Shown: piece by piece, positions 24,082-37,417 of the stretch | Layout: each line of letters starts with the position of its first letter | Numbering within the stretch: position 1 is the first letter of the stretch | NCBI GenBank assembly: GCA_965178125.1 | Contig: OZ237766.1 | Location: forward strand, 1 to 64,000 | Direction of reading: 5' to 3' | Length of the DNA: 64,000 nt | Source: Bilabrum cf. latius | Taxonomy: Eukaryota | The notes under the pieces: generated by a model | The model's database searches: none | Told to the model about the DNA's origin: nothing | Seen by the model: the letters and a program-made list of their open reading frames with translations, nothing else | Translations under genes and position numbers: made by a program

Positions 24082-24976
24082 ATGGTAAGATAGAATGTAT
24101 GGAGACGCTGCTATTACAGGTCCTTAGTATCATGCGCATTAGATATGCGGATACTTCTGGCCTTGGCATTGTTCCATTTGCCTGAGCATGCCCGGTACCC
24201 GAATCGGCAGCTGCCCTTGCCTGGCAGGCTGGCATCTACAGCTTGCTACAGCTCACTATGTTGCACCGACGATCTACTGTTGCTTCTTGGTGTCTCTGGC
24301 TTTTGCAGGCAGCGGCCGCCGGATCGGACAAGCCTTGGAAGGCGGACCAGCAGAAGAACCCTATGCGGTCCATCCGGTGAGAGCCTGCTTGGCAACTAGA
24401 AATAGTCTATGGCGCCATGAAGGTGGCACGGAAGTATTTTTGATATACACAAGTACGCATTGACACCACTGCTTCTGTTTATTTCGCAGCATCGACAAGC
24501 TGGTGCTGAACATCTCCACCGGTGAGGCCGGCGACAGGCTGACCTACGCCAGCCGTGTGCTCAAGCAGCTGGCCAAGGGCCAGGATCCGATCGAGTCCAA
24601 GGCTAGGTACACTGTGCGCCAGTTCGGTATCCGCCGTAACGAGAAGATCGCCACTCACGTGACTGTGCGCGGTGACCTTGCTAGGGACCTCCTGGAGCGC
24701 GGCCTCCGCGTGAAGGAGTACGAGCTGAAGTACGACAACTTCAGCGAGACTGGTTGCTTCGGTTTCGGTATCAAGGAGCACATCGACCTTGGTGTGAAGT
24801 ATGATCCCTCCACTGGCATCTTCGGCATGGATTTCTACATCGTGCTGAAGCGCCCTGGGGACCGCGTGTCCAAGCGCAGGGCCTGCCGCGGCAAGGTTGG
24901 AAACAGGCAGCGCGTCACCAAGGAGGACGCTCAGGAGTGGTTCAAGGAGACTTTCAAGGGCATGCTGTCGCACTGA
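24082..24976 (+). CDS. RPL11: 60S ribosomal protein L11 (uL5); introns 24085-24308 and 24377-24489
   Basis: [53 protein letters not shown] introns, ATG-only first exon; stop TGA. Confidence 0.97.
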
Positions 24977-25110
24977 GCTGGTACGCTGTGCAGCGGGTGT
25001 TTCGATGAGCACTGCAGCTGGATTTGCTAGCCATAGAGTATGATGGCTGTGGATGCACTGCAGAAAGAATACGCTGATCGTTACATAGTTTGGAGTTCAT
25101 ACACACTATT

Positions 25111-28100
25111 TCAGCCATTCCTCAGCCTACCGGCATCCTCGCCACCAGTTTGGCCGTCCGCGTCCTTTGCCGCCGAGGCCGAGGCTGCAAGGAATCCGTG
25201 CGCCCCGCTGCCCGATGGTTTGCGCTTGCTCCTCGCCCGCCCTCGCTTCCCACCTGGACCCCGCCTAGTTGAGCCGTCAGGCGCCTCCCCGCTTTGCCGG
25301 AGCAGGTCAGCAGCGCGCCCCAAAGCTGCGCTCTGCAGGGCCAGCCCAGGAGGGCCCCCACCCCCACCACGCCCATCCATCGCAACTGTCCCTGTTCCCG
25401 CCTGTGGCCTGCGGGCCTGTGGATAGGCTGCAAACTCAGCATCATCGTCATTTCTCCGCCCAAGACTCGCCCCCGCGCGCCCCTTGTCCATGCCAGCGGG
25501 AGGGGAAGGGGAGTGCCCTCTGGACGCGGACAGACCCTCCGCAAGGGGTAGGAAGGCAGGCACGTTGCTGGGCACTGCGGCATCGCCGACGCCCTGCAGC
25601 GGCCCTGACCGCCGCCCGTCCGGGGGCAGGCTGCCAAACCCGCCTGGGCCTGGACAAACGCCAGCACCAACACCAGCACCCGGCCCTGCCCCAGCCCCCA
25701 CAGGCAGCTCCCCCGGGTGCCTCCCGAGGCTGCCCCGCCTCTCCCTGCCGGGGCCGGCCACACCTCGCCCCCCAAGTCGCGCCACTGCTACTCGCGAGTG
25801 GTGCACCCCCCCACCAGCCCCCCCCTCGCTGCCCCCCGTCACCCCCGGGCCCACAGAGTCGCTCCCGCTCGTCTCACCCTCGGACCGGGGAGAGATCATG
25901 TGCCCCCCGGGAGGGAGGCCCTGGACCTGCTGCCTCGACTGCGCTTGCCCCAGGCCGTGCCCCTGTCCCTGTCCCTGTCCGCGCTGTTGTCCCCGCGCGG
26001 ATGGCCTCGAATCCGCAGAGCTTGCCCGACTTACGGCTCTGCTGCTGCTTGACTTGCGACTTCCCCTTGAGCCACGGCGCCTGGGTCGATGCTGTCGTCG
26101 CTGGGCCCCGCGAGAAGGCTATTGCAATTGCTGTTGCTGTCGCTGGTTGTGCGCGCGCCCCAGTGACCTGCTGCTCAAGTCGGCGAGATACCCCGCGCCG
26201 TCCACTGCAGTCGAGCCCTGCACGGGCATGCGCGCGAGAGGAGGCACCATCGGTCCTGCCAGCGGGTAGGCTTGCCTGCCTCCCGGCTAGAGCTAGCTGG
26301 CGACTGGGCCGGTGGTGGGAGCGGGGCCGCCTGCGAAATGACCGGCTGCCTGCTGCATGCCTGGCTGTCCTTGCGCATAGACCATGCTGCCGAACTGCTG
26401 GGAAGGCGCCTACACCCATACCACTGGTTGCTACCCTTGAACTTGCCCCTGTCCTTGCAACTGAGCTTGCCCTGAAGTCAGCATCGGAGCGTGCTGCATC
26501 ATCATGAGCTGCTACTGGTGCTGGGGGACACCCGTTGATGCACCACCAGACGACAATGGCATCGCTTCAGCGCTCCCGTGCGACACCATACCAGAGCTAA
26601 CGCCAATGCCTACATTCACGTTTAAGCCCATGCTCATGCTCACACCCAAAGGCTAGCTCATACTCATCCCCTACCCCGTTCCCATGGTCTGGCCCACCAC
26701 CAGACCCGTGGGTGGCTACACCACTGCCCCAGCCGGAAAGACGCCAGATGATGACCCGCTGCTCCCCACGGACACTGGCACCGCCAAAGCGCTTGCAGTA
26801 CCCGCTGGAGCCACGGAGCTTATGGCAGGGCCTTGCCACCCGCCCATGGGGACCTGGATAGGCATCATCGGGGCACTCGCATACTGAAATGGCTAGGAGG
26901 GCGGCGGCTGTGCGTGCGCGCCTACCGCTGCAGCTTGAGTCACGCCTGGGCTGGACTGGGCGAGCTGCGGTGCCAGCGCGGTAGCACCTGCACCGCTTGG
27001 CATCGGAGGTGGGTATGGGTACAGCTGAGCAGCCCCAGATCCGGTTCGCGAGCGAGAGCCACCCTGGTTGCCGGCCATGCCTCCACCCGTCTCTGTTGAC
27101 GCCGACCCTTTGGACTCCAGTACGCCCCCTCGCGCTCTGCTGGCATCCATTGAAAGACCGCCCTGGTCACCTGGGGACAGGGTTGAGGCGCCGGACTGCG
27201 CTGGTGTGAGCAGCAAGAAATCGCTGTCTCGCCTCCTCCTGTCAGATCCACTGCTGGGAGAATCTGGTTGCTTGTGGAGGGGTGCCTGCCGGCCAGGACT
27301 TGGGGGAGCTGACCCCAGTATCGCAGTCAGGTTCTTCGTCGAAGACTTTCGTGAGGCATTCGATGCGCCTAGAGAGTCAGTACCTGTCAATGGGACCCGC
27401 TTGGAATCTTTTGGCTGCTGCTCCTACTGCTACTGCTACCTTTGCTTTTGGGCCTACCGTTTAGTTTCTGTGTTCTTCTGATTCCTCGTGTTCTTCTTCT
27501 TTTTCTTCTTGGCCTGCTAGGATCGACCGCCTCCAGATGAACCGCCACGAGACGAGGCATCGTCGAATTGACCGCCACCCACTTGTGGTGCCCCTGCCCC
27601 GGACCCAGCCTGTCGTTGCCCTGCCATGGGTACCACGCCATGCATACCTACTGCAGCACTAGCTGCCCCCGGTGGAATGCCGGCATTCCAGACCGTAGCT
27701 GGAGCAGCACCTGTGCTGAAGCCCTGTGGGTGCGCGCCCATTGCGGGTTGGAGAGAGGCAGCGTACTGCATATGCTGGGCGATGCTCTGCTGGGCCTACT
27801 CCATGGACATGTACATAGAGCCTTCGTGCATGGCTTGCTCCGCCTCCTGCTCCGTTAGACTATCCGAGTGCATCTTGTTCGCCGCCACTCCTCTCGTGTA
27901 TGCCTCCCACTGTGCAAGGTACCCGTCCAGCATGCCCTGCATGGTCCTTGCAACGCCGTGAACCAGTTGCCACTCCTCTCGCAGCTGCGTATCCACATCG
28001 AGCACGGCTTGCAAAGGACCGTACATGCGGGCAGCATCGCTTTCTTCCGATCTCCGGCCAGGCCAGGCCTTGATTGCCTCCAGTGCCTCCCCACAGACTT

Positions 28101-31100
28101 GTTGGATCTGCGAAAAACGGTAGCAGGACCGCGCGATGTTTTGCTCTGGCACGGCATGCTGGGGGTCCAGGATAACGAGGGGGTCCAGCTCGATATGTGC
28201 GGGCAGCTTCAACCGCCCATTGCCTGACAGCAGCGGGGCGATCTGCACACGATGGGCCTCGGGCAAGTATGTTGCCCCTGCGTCCCAGGCCTGCGCAGAT
28301 GCGTCTCTGCGCAATTGCGGGGCTTCTGGAAGCCCGCTTTCTGCAGCACCCGCAGAGTGCTCTGAACCAGCCTTGGAAGCGCCTGTAGACCGCTTCTGCC
28401 CGAGGATAGTCTTGGACGCCTGCGAGGTCGGCGGGTCCCCATTCCGGGGTAGGATGATGCCCCGTGCTGGCCACAGTACCGTGATGTGGGGCTTGACCTG
28501 TCGCGCCACAAACCGCAGCAGTCGCACGAACAGGATGGCCATCGAGCTGCGGACCACCCGGTACGCACCATGGGCTGTTGCGGCAGGGGCCTTCTCCTTC
28601 TCCTCTGCGTCCTCGATGGGCCCAAGCAGCGGGACCCGTTCCATGGACGGGTGCCGCAGCTCTGGAGGCTACGACTGAAGGAAGGTGGACACGAGCAAGA
28701 GGAGGCCATACGAGGACAGACCGCCTGCATATGCGTCGTTGAGGCCGGATTTAGCCAGCAGCATCTTCATGGCCATCACGAGCGGGGCAAGGGCGCGCTC
28801 GTGCTGACCCATCATCATGGCCTGCTGCGTGGTGGCAAGCCCACGATGCGCGCTCGATGCCAGCGTCACATCGATCGAGACGATCCGGTGCCTTGCAGAG
28901 GCGGACGCAGAACCGCTCATCGGACTTGCCGCTGTGACCTGCGCAGGTACCCCGCTATCGCTGGTTGCAACTGTTTCACCAGTGGGCGGAGACGCATCCG
29001 CAGGAGATGCAAGCGCCGCCTGCTGGCGCCCAGCTGCCCCTGGGGACGAGGGCGCTCCCAGATCCACCTCCAGCTTGATGACTGGCACCTGGGCCGATGC
29101 AATCTCCTTGAGGTCTCGCACCCACCGCTGCTGCCGGAGGGCCTTGGCTACAAGGCTGAAGTGCCGCCGCTGAGGCAGCTCGATTGCGACGTCCACATCG
29201 CTCGCGGGGGTTGCGAGCTGGGTGATGTGCGAGCCGAAAATGTGCGTCACAGCATCTAGGCTCACAGTGCGCACCACGCTGAATACCATGCTGGCGGCCT
29301 ATCGCTCTGCCTGCCTCCTCTCCCCCTACCGGTGCCGCAGCGCCATGGTTAGCAACCTTATGTACGCGTCCAGCTGCATCTCCTTCGCCCGTCCTATCCC
29401 GCTGCTTATCTCCTGCAATGACAACTCAGCCGGGCCAATGAATCGCACTGCTGGCTGCAAGACGCCTTGGGCGGGAAGTTGCGCGAGATCCGCCTCTTGA
29501 TGACGATCAGCAGCACCCCCGGAGCCCTCTGTGTCTGCCTCCGACCTATCATGCGGATGCGCACTCGACTGTGACTTGGTCGTAGGCAGCGGCAGGATAG
29601 GCAGCCCACCCTGTGCTGACATCTCCACGCCGATGGGGAGGCGGTGACTCATGGCTTCGTCTGTTCCTACACCGATGCTAACGCTGTGTGTGACTGGCAG
29701 GGGCATGGCTTCGCCTGACCGCGGCACCGGTAGCGAGCCGTCACTAGGAAGTGGGGCAGCGGTGGGAAGCCCCTAGGATGACGCAGACAGGGCGGCTGCC
29801 GGCAGCTGTGGGCCCTGGAGCGCGCTTACAGATGCATCGACAGGGCCGGCTGAGGCACCACCCTCTTGCCCATCCCGTGCCTCTGCCGACTGCACCTGCC
29901 CTCCGCCATGGCCCCTCCACCCCTGCAGCATGCTGGCGCCACGCGTGCCACTCCACGCAGAAGCAGGCGCCGACATCTTGCGCCGAATAGCCTCATGGCT
30001 CCCATCTAGCCCAGCCAGAGGGACATGTTGTCCGCTGGTCTTGGGCACTTGCTACTCGGAGTCACCGCTGTTGGAGTGACTCGTGGTTGCAGCGGGATGA
30101 GTGGTTTCGGCGTCATCCGCACCACCCCGGTGCTTGGGCCCTCGGTTGGATGCCCCGCCGCCGAATGCAACAAATGGATTCTGGAGATAAGGGAACTCGG
30201 TGGTTGTCGCAGTGCGCGTCTGCGCTGAAGAGGCATGCCCCGAGGACTATTCTGCCTGTGGTCGCGAGGCGCTAGTTCCAATAGCACGCACGGACTCGCT
30301 GCCATCTTCCGTCGCGCCCTAGGACCCCAGTGCTTTGCCTGCGTCTGCTGCCAGCGTCTGCTTTCCACCGCCTTTGACTTTCTACTAGCTGGCCGCAGCT
30401 CCTTTTGACGATCCATCAGACGCTCCTTTCTTTGGCGAGTGCTTGCCCTTGCCCTTGCTTTTGCCCTTGCCCTGGTCGCCTCCCTGGTGTGCCTTGCCCT
30501 TGGATTCGGAAATCATCAAGTCCATTCGCAGCTCATTAGACTGGATCATGGCCTAAGTCAGGCGCTGAGCTACTGCCGACCGGCTGTGCGGCCCGTTGTC
30601 TGCACCTTGTGCGCCACCCTGGTCCCGCAGCACGGGCGTCAGCCACACGTGCATGGCCACATCGATGCCGCGCCAGTCCAGCGCGCAGTGAGGCCACGCC
30701 TGCACTTCTTCCGCCTCATCTGCCGCTCCTGGCATTCCCGACCGAAGCTCGTGCCCCTGCACGCCTTTCGGCCCCGAGCCCGGCGTGGAGCCCACTGTCT
30801 CGCGAGCTGCTCCGGAGCTTCCCGGCGCCATCTCATCGTCACCACCCGACTCCTCCCTGGGCTGCTAGCCAGGGGAGCCAGGCGAGCCAGGCAGGTGCTG
30901 CGACGGCTCTAGCACGAAGTCATCTGGGATCCGCTACAGGCGCCCGGTATGCTCCGATGCATCTCCTGCGGCCCCCAGATCCGAGCTGGAGCTCGCCATG
31001 GGCTGCAGGGAGGCGGACCGAGGTGCGGCGCGGAGCAGACTGACACCGTGAGGGGACAGTGGCGTGCCAGAGGGCAGCAAATCCGTGCTGCTGACCGCCG

Positions 31101-34100
31101 TGGCAGCCCCGCTCCGGCCCTCACTGGCGTCTCCGTGTGACATGCTGGCAGAGGAGGCAGGCAGTCCGCGAGCCAGTCGGCCGCTGCGCCGCTTCCGATT
31201 CTTGCGCCCCCTGGTTCTGTTCTTTGGCTTGCCCTTTCCCCCGGCACCCCCTTCTGGAACGATGCCCAGAATAGCCATGCGCTCCCCAATGCCCATCTGG
31301 TCCCACAGCTAAATGAATGGCAGCTTGGACCGCAGACCCACGTTCACCTGAGACGCATACCCCGGCGGCAGCTTGTCCAGCAGCAGCCCGTAGCGCTCCT
31401 TCATCTTCTGGATGCGCCGCCTGTCCGGCTCCTCCATGGGAGCCGCGGCGCAACTCGCATCCCCAGGTCCACTGTCTGCATCTGCCCCTTGCGAGCCGCC
31501 CCCCTCGGAGGCCCCCGTGCCCTCGGACACGACGACCCCCCTCGCGGTCGGCCCACCACCTTGCCCGCCGTGCAGCGGAGGCACGCACCCGCTGTCCTGC
31601 CCCTGTTCCTCACCGCCCCCAGCCCGCCGAGACCGCATCGCAAGGCGCCTGTGCTCATCGTCTAAGATCCGACCCAGGAGCCGCACTGCATTGGCTGCAT
31701 CCCGCACAACCCCCTGCTTGCCCTGCCAGTCCTGGCCCCCGCCCAAGCTAAGCCCCGCGCCAGGGGACTGCGCCCCAGCTTCGGCCGCCTCTTCTGCCTC
31801 GGCAGCCTACAGAACGGCCTCACTCCTTCGCAAGCGCGCCCTGGATACCTGAAGGGACTCGGTCCGTTGGACGGGCAGCGAGCGGTGGCTGGCGTTGCCC
31901 CCTTTCTGGCTGACAGCCGCGCCCCGCTGCGAGGAGGTCCCGTCCACGTCCAGCAAAGACTTTGAATCAACGGCGGGAAGGCCCGCACCCCCAGCTGGTC
32001 TCCGTCCCCCGTCCTTACCCCGAGCAGGTGGCCCCCTACCACCGTCATCCGACTTGGCCCTGGTGCGCGGGGCACCCCTGGGGAGCTGGGGCTGGGCTGA
32101 CTCAAAGGTCTCAACTGAGGCACACCCCATGCCCCCTGCCGCCTTCTCGTCCTCCTCGACCGCGGGCAGCTCTGAGGCTCCCAGCGCGAACAGGTTGCGG
32201 ACGTGCCTCCTGCTCAGCTTGCCCCTGATCATGGCCTACCAGGCCCAGAAATTGTGCCAAATGGACAGCTCCAGACGGTGCGCAATCACCGCCCCAAGAG
32301 TCAGCTAAGTGGGCCTGCTGTACCACCCACAGCACCCGAGCTCCCCCGGCAGCGAAGGCGCGGTGTACTTGATACCCTTAGACTACAGGGCGTCTGCCGA
32401 CCCCCTGCGCCCGCCACCCTTCTTGCCCTTTTTCTTTTTAGCGCTGCGCGGACCCGAAGCATGGGTGGCAATGCGCAGGCCTGTGGTCGGGTCTCGGGGT
32501 GGCTGCTCCGTGAGGAAGCACCTGTCCGTGACGGCCATGAGCAGCTCCAGGAGACGAGGTGGGTGCCGCAGCAGCTCGTGAGTCAGGCACAGTGTGTCAC
32601 CCTGCAGATTGCTGTCGCACAGACGGGCCCCTTCCACTAGGGACCGACTTGCTTTCACTCCCGGGCTCAGCTGCTCCCCAACCATCTCCTGCACGTGTCC
32701 ATGCGCGGCCTCTCTTGTCATGGCTTTTTCATCCTGCCCCGAACCCCCGGCAGAGGATGCCTGTGCATCGCTGCTGGAGGATCGCCGGATACCCTTGGGC
32801 CCCCCCTCGCCGAGCCTTCCTCCTGCTCGGTGAGAGGGTGGTAGGGGCGGGCCCAGCACCACATCGGCGGTTGTGCGCGGGGATGGCACAGGGGCTGCTT
32901 CGTCACAGCTAGCTCCCAGTCCTGAAGAGTCGACAGCTCCATTGCCTGTATCAGAGACGGTTGCAAGATCATCCGTGGTGCCCCCTACCCCATCTTCGGG
33001 CCCAGCCTCACTACTTGCCTCCCCCTTCTCCCCCATGGCACCGGCGACCCTCCTGCTCAGCGAGGCATGCACCTGCTGCAGGGCACCGTGCGCCCGCGCC
33101 AAGCTGCCTTCGTCTAGCTCCCCGCTGGCCACAGCCCCCGCCTTGTTCCCTGCCCTCCCCAGCATGGACGCAACGGACGCAGTGAGCCCCCCTATCCCGT
33201 CGATGACTCCGCCCAGCGACTGGATCGACACGAACTGCAGCCGGGAGGCAGCCTGCGCCCCAGTGCCAGGGTCAGACCCACGGCGCTAACGACGAGAGGA
33301 GCGCAGGCCGGCACTGCCTGGCCGGGGGCGGCGGCTCGTTGCAGGCCCCAGCAAGCTGTGCGGTGCCTTGATGCCGCCGGCCCTGCCCCCCTCGTCGTGG
33401 CTCTCGCCCACGGGGGTGAAGATGCCCTCCTTGCCCGCGCTCTACCGGGCCAGCGCCTGCAGGAAGTCGCACCAGGGCTTGTCCACCACGGTCAGCACAG
33501 CCTCTCTCTCGGGTGGGTCCAGCACGCTGGTGAACCACTACCACACCGCGTCTCGCAGTCGGGAGCCAGAGGACCGCACTCCGCCGCTGGCCCGCTGGCC
33601 TTCCTCGCGTGCAGTCGGAAGGGAATCGCGGGCCGACTGAGATGACGATGGCTGCATTGGCCTGGCGTGCAAGTGCGGCTGATTCTGGTCCTATTGCTGC
33701 TAGGAAGAGGACGAGGAAGACGACAGCGGGGCACTTGCGGTGGCTGCATCGGGGGCCGACTGGCTCCTACGTACCCCGCTCGAGTCCCGGGAGGCCTTAT
33801 CTAGCTTGGTTGTGTCTGCTGCACCACTGCTACCGCTCTCCCCGCACCCCTGCTCCTGTTCGAGGCCGTGGTCCTCTGCCTCATCCTGGCCCTAGCGACT
33901 GACCACCTGAGGCTACAGCTGCCCGGCCCCGGCCTCAGATCGACCTTTCTTCTCGGCCTAACTTGCAGTTTGCCTCTCACTGCCTCCCCTCTCCCGGTCC
34001 ATGGCCTCCAGCTGCTCCAAAGACAGCCCTCCTGCATGCTGGGAACCTGTGCGTTGGGGCGGCTGGCGCACTGCGTGCACCGGTGCACCCGACAAAAGCC

Positions 34101-34449
34101 GCCGGGAGCTAGACACGGCCGAGTGTGGTACAGCGCCAAGCAATGCAGCAGCCTATGAGTACGGCTCTTTCGGCAGCTGTGGGGGCACCACTGTGGCCCG
34201 TGGGCGGGCTGCAGCTTTAGAATCAGTCTAGCTGCTGCCAGCAGACCCGGGACCTGCCACTTCTGTCGCTCCATGCGTTCCAATTGTGGACGTTGATGGT
34301 CGTGAATTCGAACCCAACGAGCTCGAGCTCAAGTTCCCTGTAGCGGCTCGGCCTGACGGACCAATGCCTCTTCTGCGGCGTCGAGGCGCCGGTGTGGCTC
34401 GTGCTGGCGAGGGTCTGCTCTACTGCTCAGAACCACGTGATGATGACAT
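25111..34449 (-). CDS. Very large non-canonical poly(A) polymerase / terminal nucleotidyltransferase (Trf4/PAPD5 family, MEE44-like), ~3100 aa
   Basis: FGSHITQLATPASDVDV catalytic motif, LNDAYAGGLSSY, PAP-associated LVILDP..NIARSCYRFSQIQ; frame open from 34842 to 25111 with ~44 TAGs and no TAA/TGA. Start codon uncertain. Confidence 0.85.
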
Positions 34450-35017
34450 TAAATCAGTTACTGTAGCTTTATCTGTGTGCTAAGTATTGCGAATCCTTAA
34501 GCTGAAGAGGGGTAAACAACGTACAGCTTGCGAACTGCCAATTCCAAAGGAAACACTGTTCGTGGCGTGGTCCTGCGAACACAACGGGGCAACAGTCAGC
34601 ACCATACGGCTCATTGGCGCAACAGTGACAGCAAAAATTGCACGCACCAGGAGATTCGAAAGATGGCCTGGACTGGAGATGAGCCATTCCCACAGAGTGC
34701 GACCGTGTACCTAATGCATCGCAGAGGAGGCATCGTCTGACCGAGGCACAGCGCACGAAGACAGACAAACAACTATAACTACAAGTAGCAACTCACACAG
34801 GGTTGAAGGAGTGGGTATGTGGCGAAGCCACCGACGCAAGAGTTAGTGCGAATGGGTAGTGTGGCGCCGCGCAATGGTGCAGTGTGTGGTTCCGCTAATG
34901 CCAAGCTGGAGGCTTGGAGCAAGCGCCGGGAAATGGTCACGCACAGGTGATCCTAGTACGTTGATTCACATTCTATCCATACCGACAAGACCAGGCCACC
35001 CGTACATGTGAGCGTTA

Positions 35018-35803
35018 TCAAGAGCCCGGCCTCGCTCCCAGCATCTCCAGCACTCGAGCATCCACCGCACCCTTCTTCCCCGCCTCCGCCAGCCTCCTAT
35101 CCATCATTGCCTGCGCGAGCCCCTTGAGCAGCTATTCACACCCCTCCCCTGTTACCGCGCTGGTGGCGAGGAAACGGACCCCCTTTGCGCCACCACTCGC
35201 CTTGGTTGGAGCTCCTCCGCCTTGCTCCTCCTCGATCTTGCCGGCAAGCTCGTCTGCTTCCTACCAGGCACCCTCGACGCTGACGTGCCCTTCATCTGCC
35301 CCTGATGAGGCAGCCCTCACAACAGATCGCTCTCTGTGGGCTGGAACTAGATCTGCCTTGCAGCCAACGAGCTGGACAAGAGCTGCTCCACAATTCTCGG
35401 ACACCATCGAAGTCCAGTACGGGTTGGCACTGGGAGTAGAATCGCTATCAGCCAGGTCCATGCAGACTAATATAGCATCTTTGCCTCGAAATTGTTGCCT
35501 TGTAGACGACATGTATCTCTCATCACCGGCAAAGTCCCAGATCTCGACTTGAGCTCGGGTCGGCTGCCCATCTGCGTTCCTGATATCAACTTCGAGCGAT
35601 CCAAAGTCTACTGCCAAGGTTGCGCGTGGAACCACATCCCCAAGCTTAGAACCTAGCAAACACTTCACGAGTGACGTCTTCCCGACCCCATGCGGCCCTA
35701 TCACTGCTACTCTAAACTTGATGGCTCCGCTAGCACCCTCATCGCCGAGCACTGTGATTGGCTCTTTCGGATCTGACGGCTCGGACGAAAACAAACAGCC
35801 CAT
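35018..35803 (-). CDS. Rab-like small GTPase with N-terminal MGC acylation motif (~261 aa)
   Basis: GPHGVGKTS, WDFAGDE, GCKAD; the G5 motif (ATSAVTG) lies beyond TAG 35261; second TAG at 35132; ends TGA-TAA. Confidence 0.88.
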
Positions 35804-36047
35804 GCTTCAACTAGCTTTGTTTATGCCTCTGCACTGGCCTATTTGCGGTAGTGAGTGAGCCAAGAAGGCAGATCCGGAGTCCGGAATCCGGATTGGACAC
35901 GCAACCACCTCTGGCAACTTGCCACTGCCAACACTGCCAGGAGCAGACTGTCAACTCAGAGAGTCTTGCTCCATCATTGTGATACAGCTCTCAATTTGTA
36001 AACTGACACGAGGTTCAACTGCACCGTGCACACCCGAGAAACCGCAA

Positions 36048-36986
36048 TCAACCCCGGGGCGCAGCGGCCGCACCACTGGCAGCCTCGCTGCTGCTTCCTC
36101 CGCCCCGCTCGCCTCCCCCCTCCCCTTCTCTGGGCAGCAGCGCATCCACGCTGTGCTCCGTGCCCATGGCCCGGTTCACCAGCGCCTGCACCACGGCCCG
36201 CACCACGCTCTCCACCCCCTGCCCCGAGAGAGCGCTCGTTGCCACGTATCGCACCCTCCACGGGGACCAGGCGCGACTGGGCCCGTCTGTCAGCAGCACG
36301 TCCTCCCGGAGGGGCTAGCCGCGGGGAGGGGCCGGCGCGCCGCGAACACCTTCTTCCAAGCGGCGCCCCTGCAGAGTCAGCTCCAGTTCTCGAGCGGTTT
36401 CGTGCGCCGTCTTGGCCGACACGATGTGGCCCGACTGCGCCCGTCGCATCGCTGCCGCGTCACCCACCGGCCGCTCCCCCGAAGCTCCAGCGGATCCGCC
36501 CGCAGCTTGGCCAGCCCTTCCATCCGCAGATGCAACGAGGTCTGCCTTGCATCCCACCAAGATGACCAGCGCGTCGGGGGCCTGGTCTGCCAGGTCCTCG
36601 ACCCAATCCGACAGAAGAGACTACCTCGACGATTCATCTGTCAGATCAAAGCAGAAAATAGCAGCGTCAGCCCCTCTAAAGTAAGATGTAGTGATGGAGC
36701 GATACAATTCTTGGCCACTTGTGTCCCAAAGGTGGCATTTCGCCGGAAATGGTCCGCGCGGGCCCAAAGCTTCAAGGCTGATTACAGAGAAACCTGCCCC
36801 AATTGTGGGCTCCGTCTAGGCATCAAACGAGCTCGTTGCAATACGTTGTACCAGTGTAGTCTTTCCTACCGCACTGTTTCCGAGGAGAAGCACCTTGAAT
36901 GGCCTCACAGCGCTGGCTTCGCCAGCCAGATTCAGATCCGGTGGCTCCGTGGATATACCACCATCTTTAGAGTTGGAGCATCCCAT
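36048..36986 (-). CDS. Second Rab-like small GTPase with N-terminal MGC motif (~312 aa)
   Basis: GNSAVGKTT, PTIGAGF, WDTSGQE, YFRGA, GCKAD, ATSALSG in one frame across TAGs at 36816, 36621 and 36315; stop TGA. Confidence 0.88.
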
Positions 36987-37417
36987 CACAAGCAAATGAC
37001 AGGTTGTTTTCGCTGTCTCTGTTCCGATAGACTCGGATTGGTGTGCCCGTGCCGATCAACAGTGACAAAGACTGTCCGAAATCGATCCGCCCAAGAGACC
37101 GGAAGAACCAGGAACCGGGAACGCCGTCTCGTCGGTGGTTCGCCCGCTGTTTCTCAGCAAGGCTGATCTTGGGCTGCCCATGGCCGCGGTCTAGCACGGC
37201 AGACTGCCGGGCTAGCCGGCCTTGCCTCCCAAGGAAGCAGCCATTCTCGCATTGCTGCGCCGCGATGCCCGCCACTGGCAGCAGCGCAAAGCAGGTCACG
37301 GTGTTGCGCTAGGAGGCTCACCGGCCCGGGCGTTCCAATAAGGTTTTGGCCCATCCGCACCCCCTACCACCATCCAATTGCGGCCCACATCGCACCCCAC
37401 TGGCAGCGTATTGATCG

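Noticed and set aside
25000-25080. Possible C/D box snoRNA downstream of RPL11 (TCGATGA..ATGATGG..CTGA)
   Set aside because: Boxes are imperfect, there is no clear terminal stem, and I cannot verify an rRNA target.
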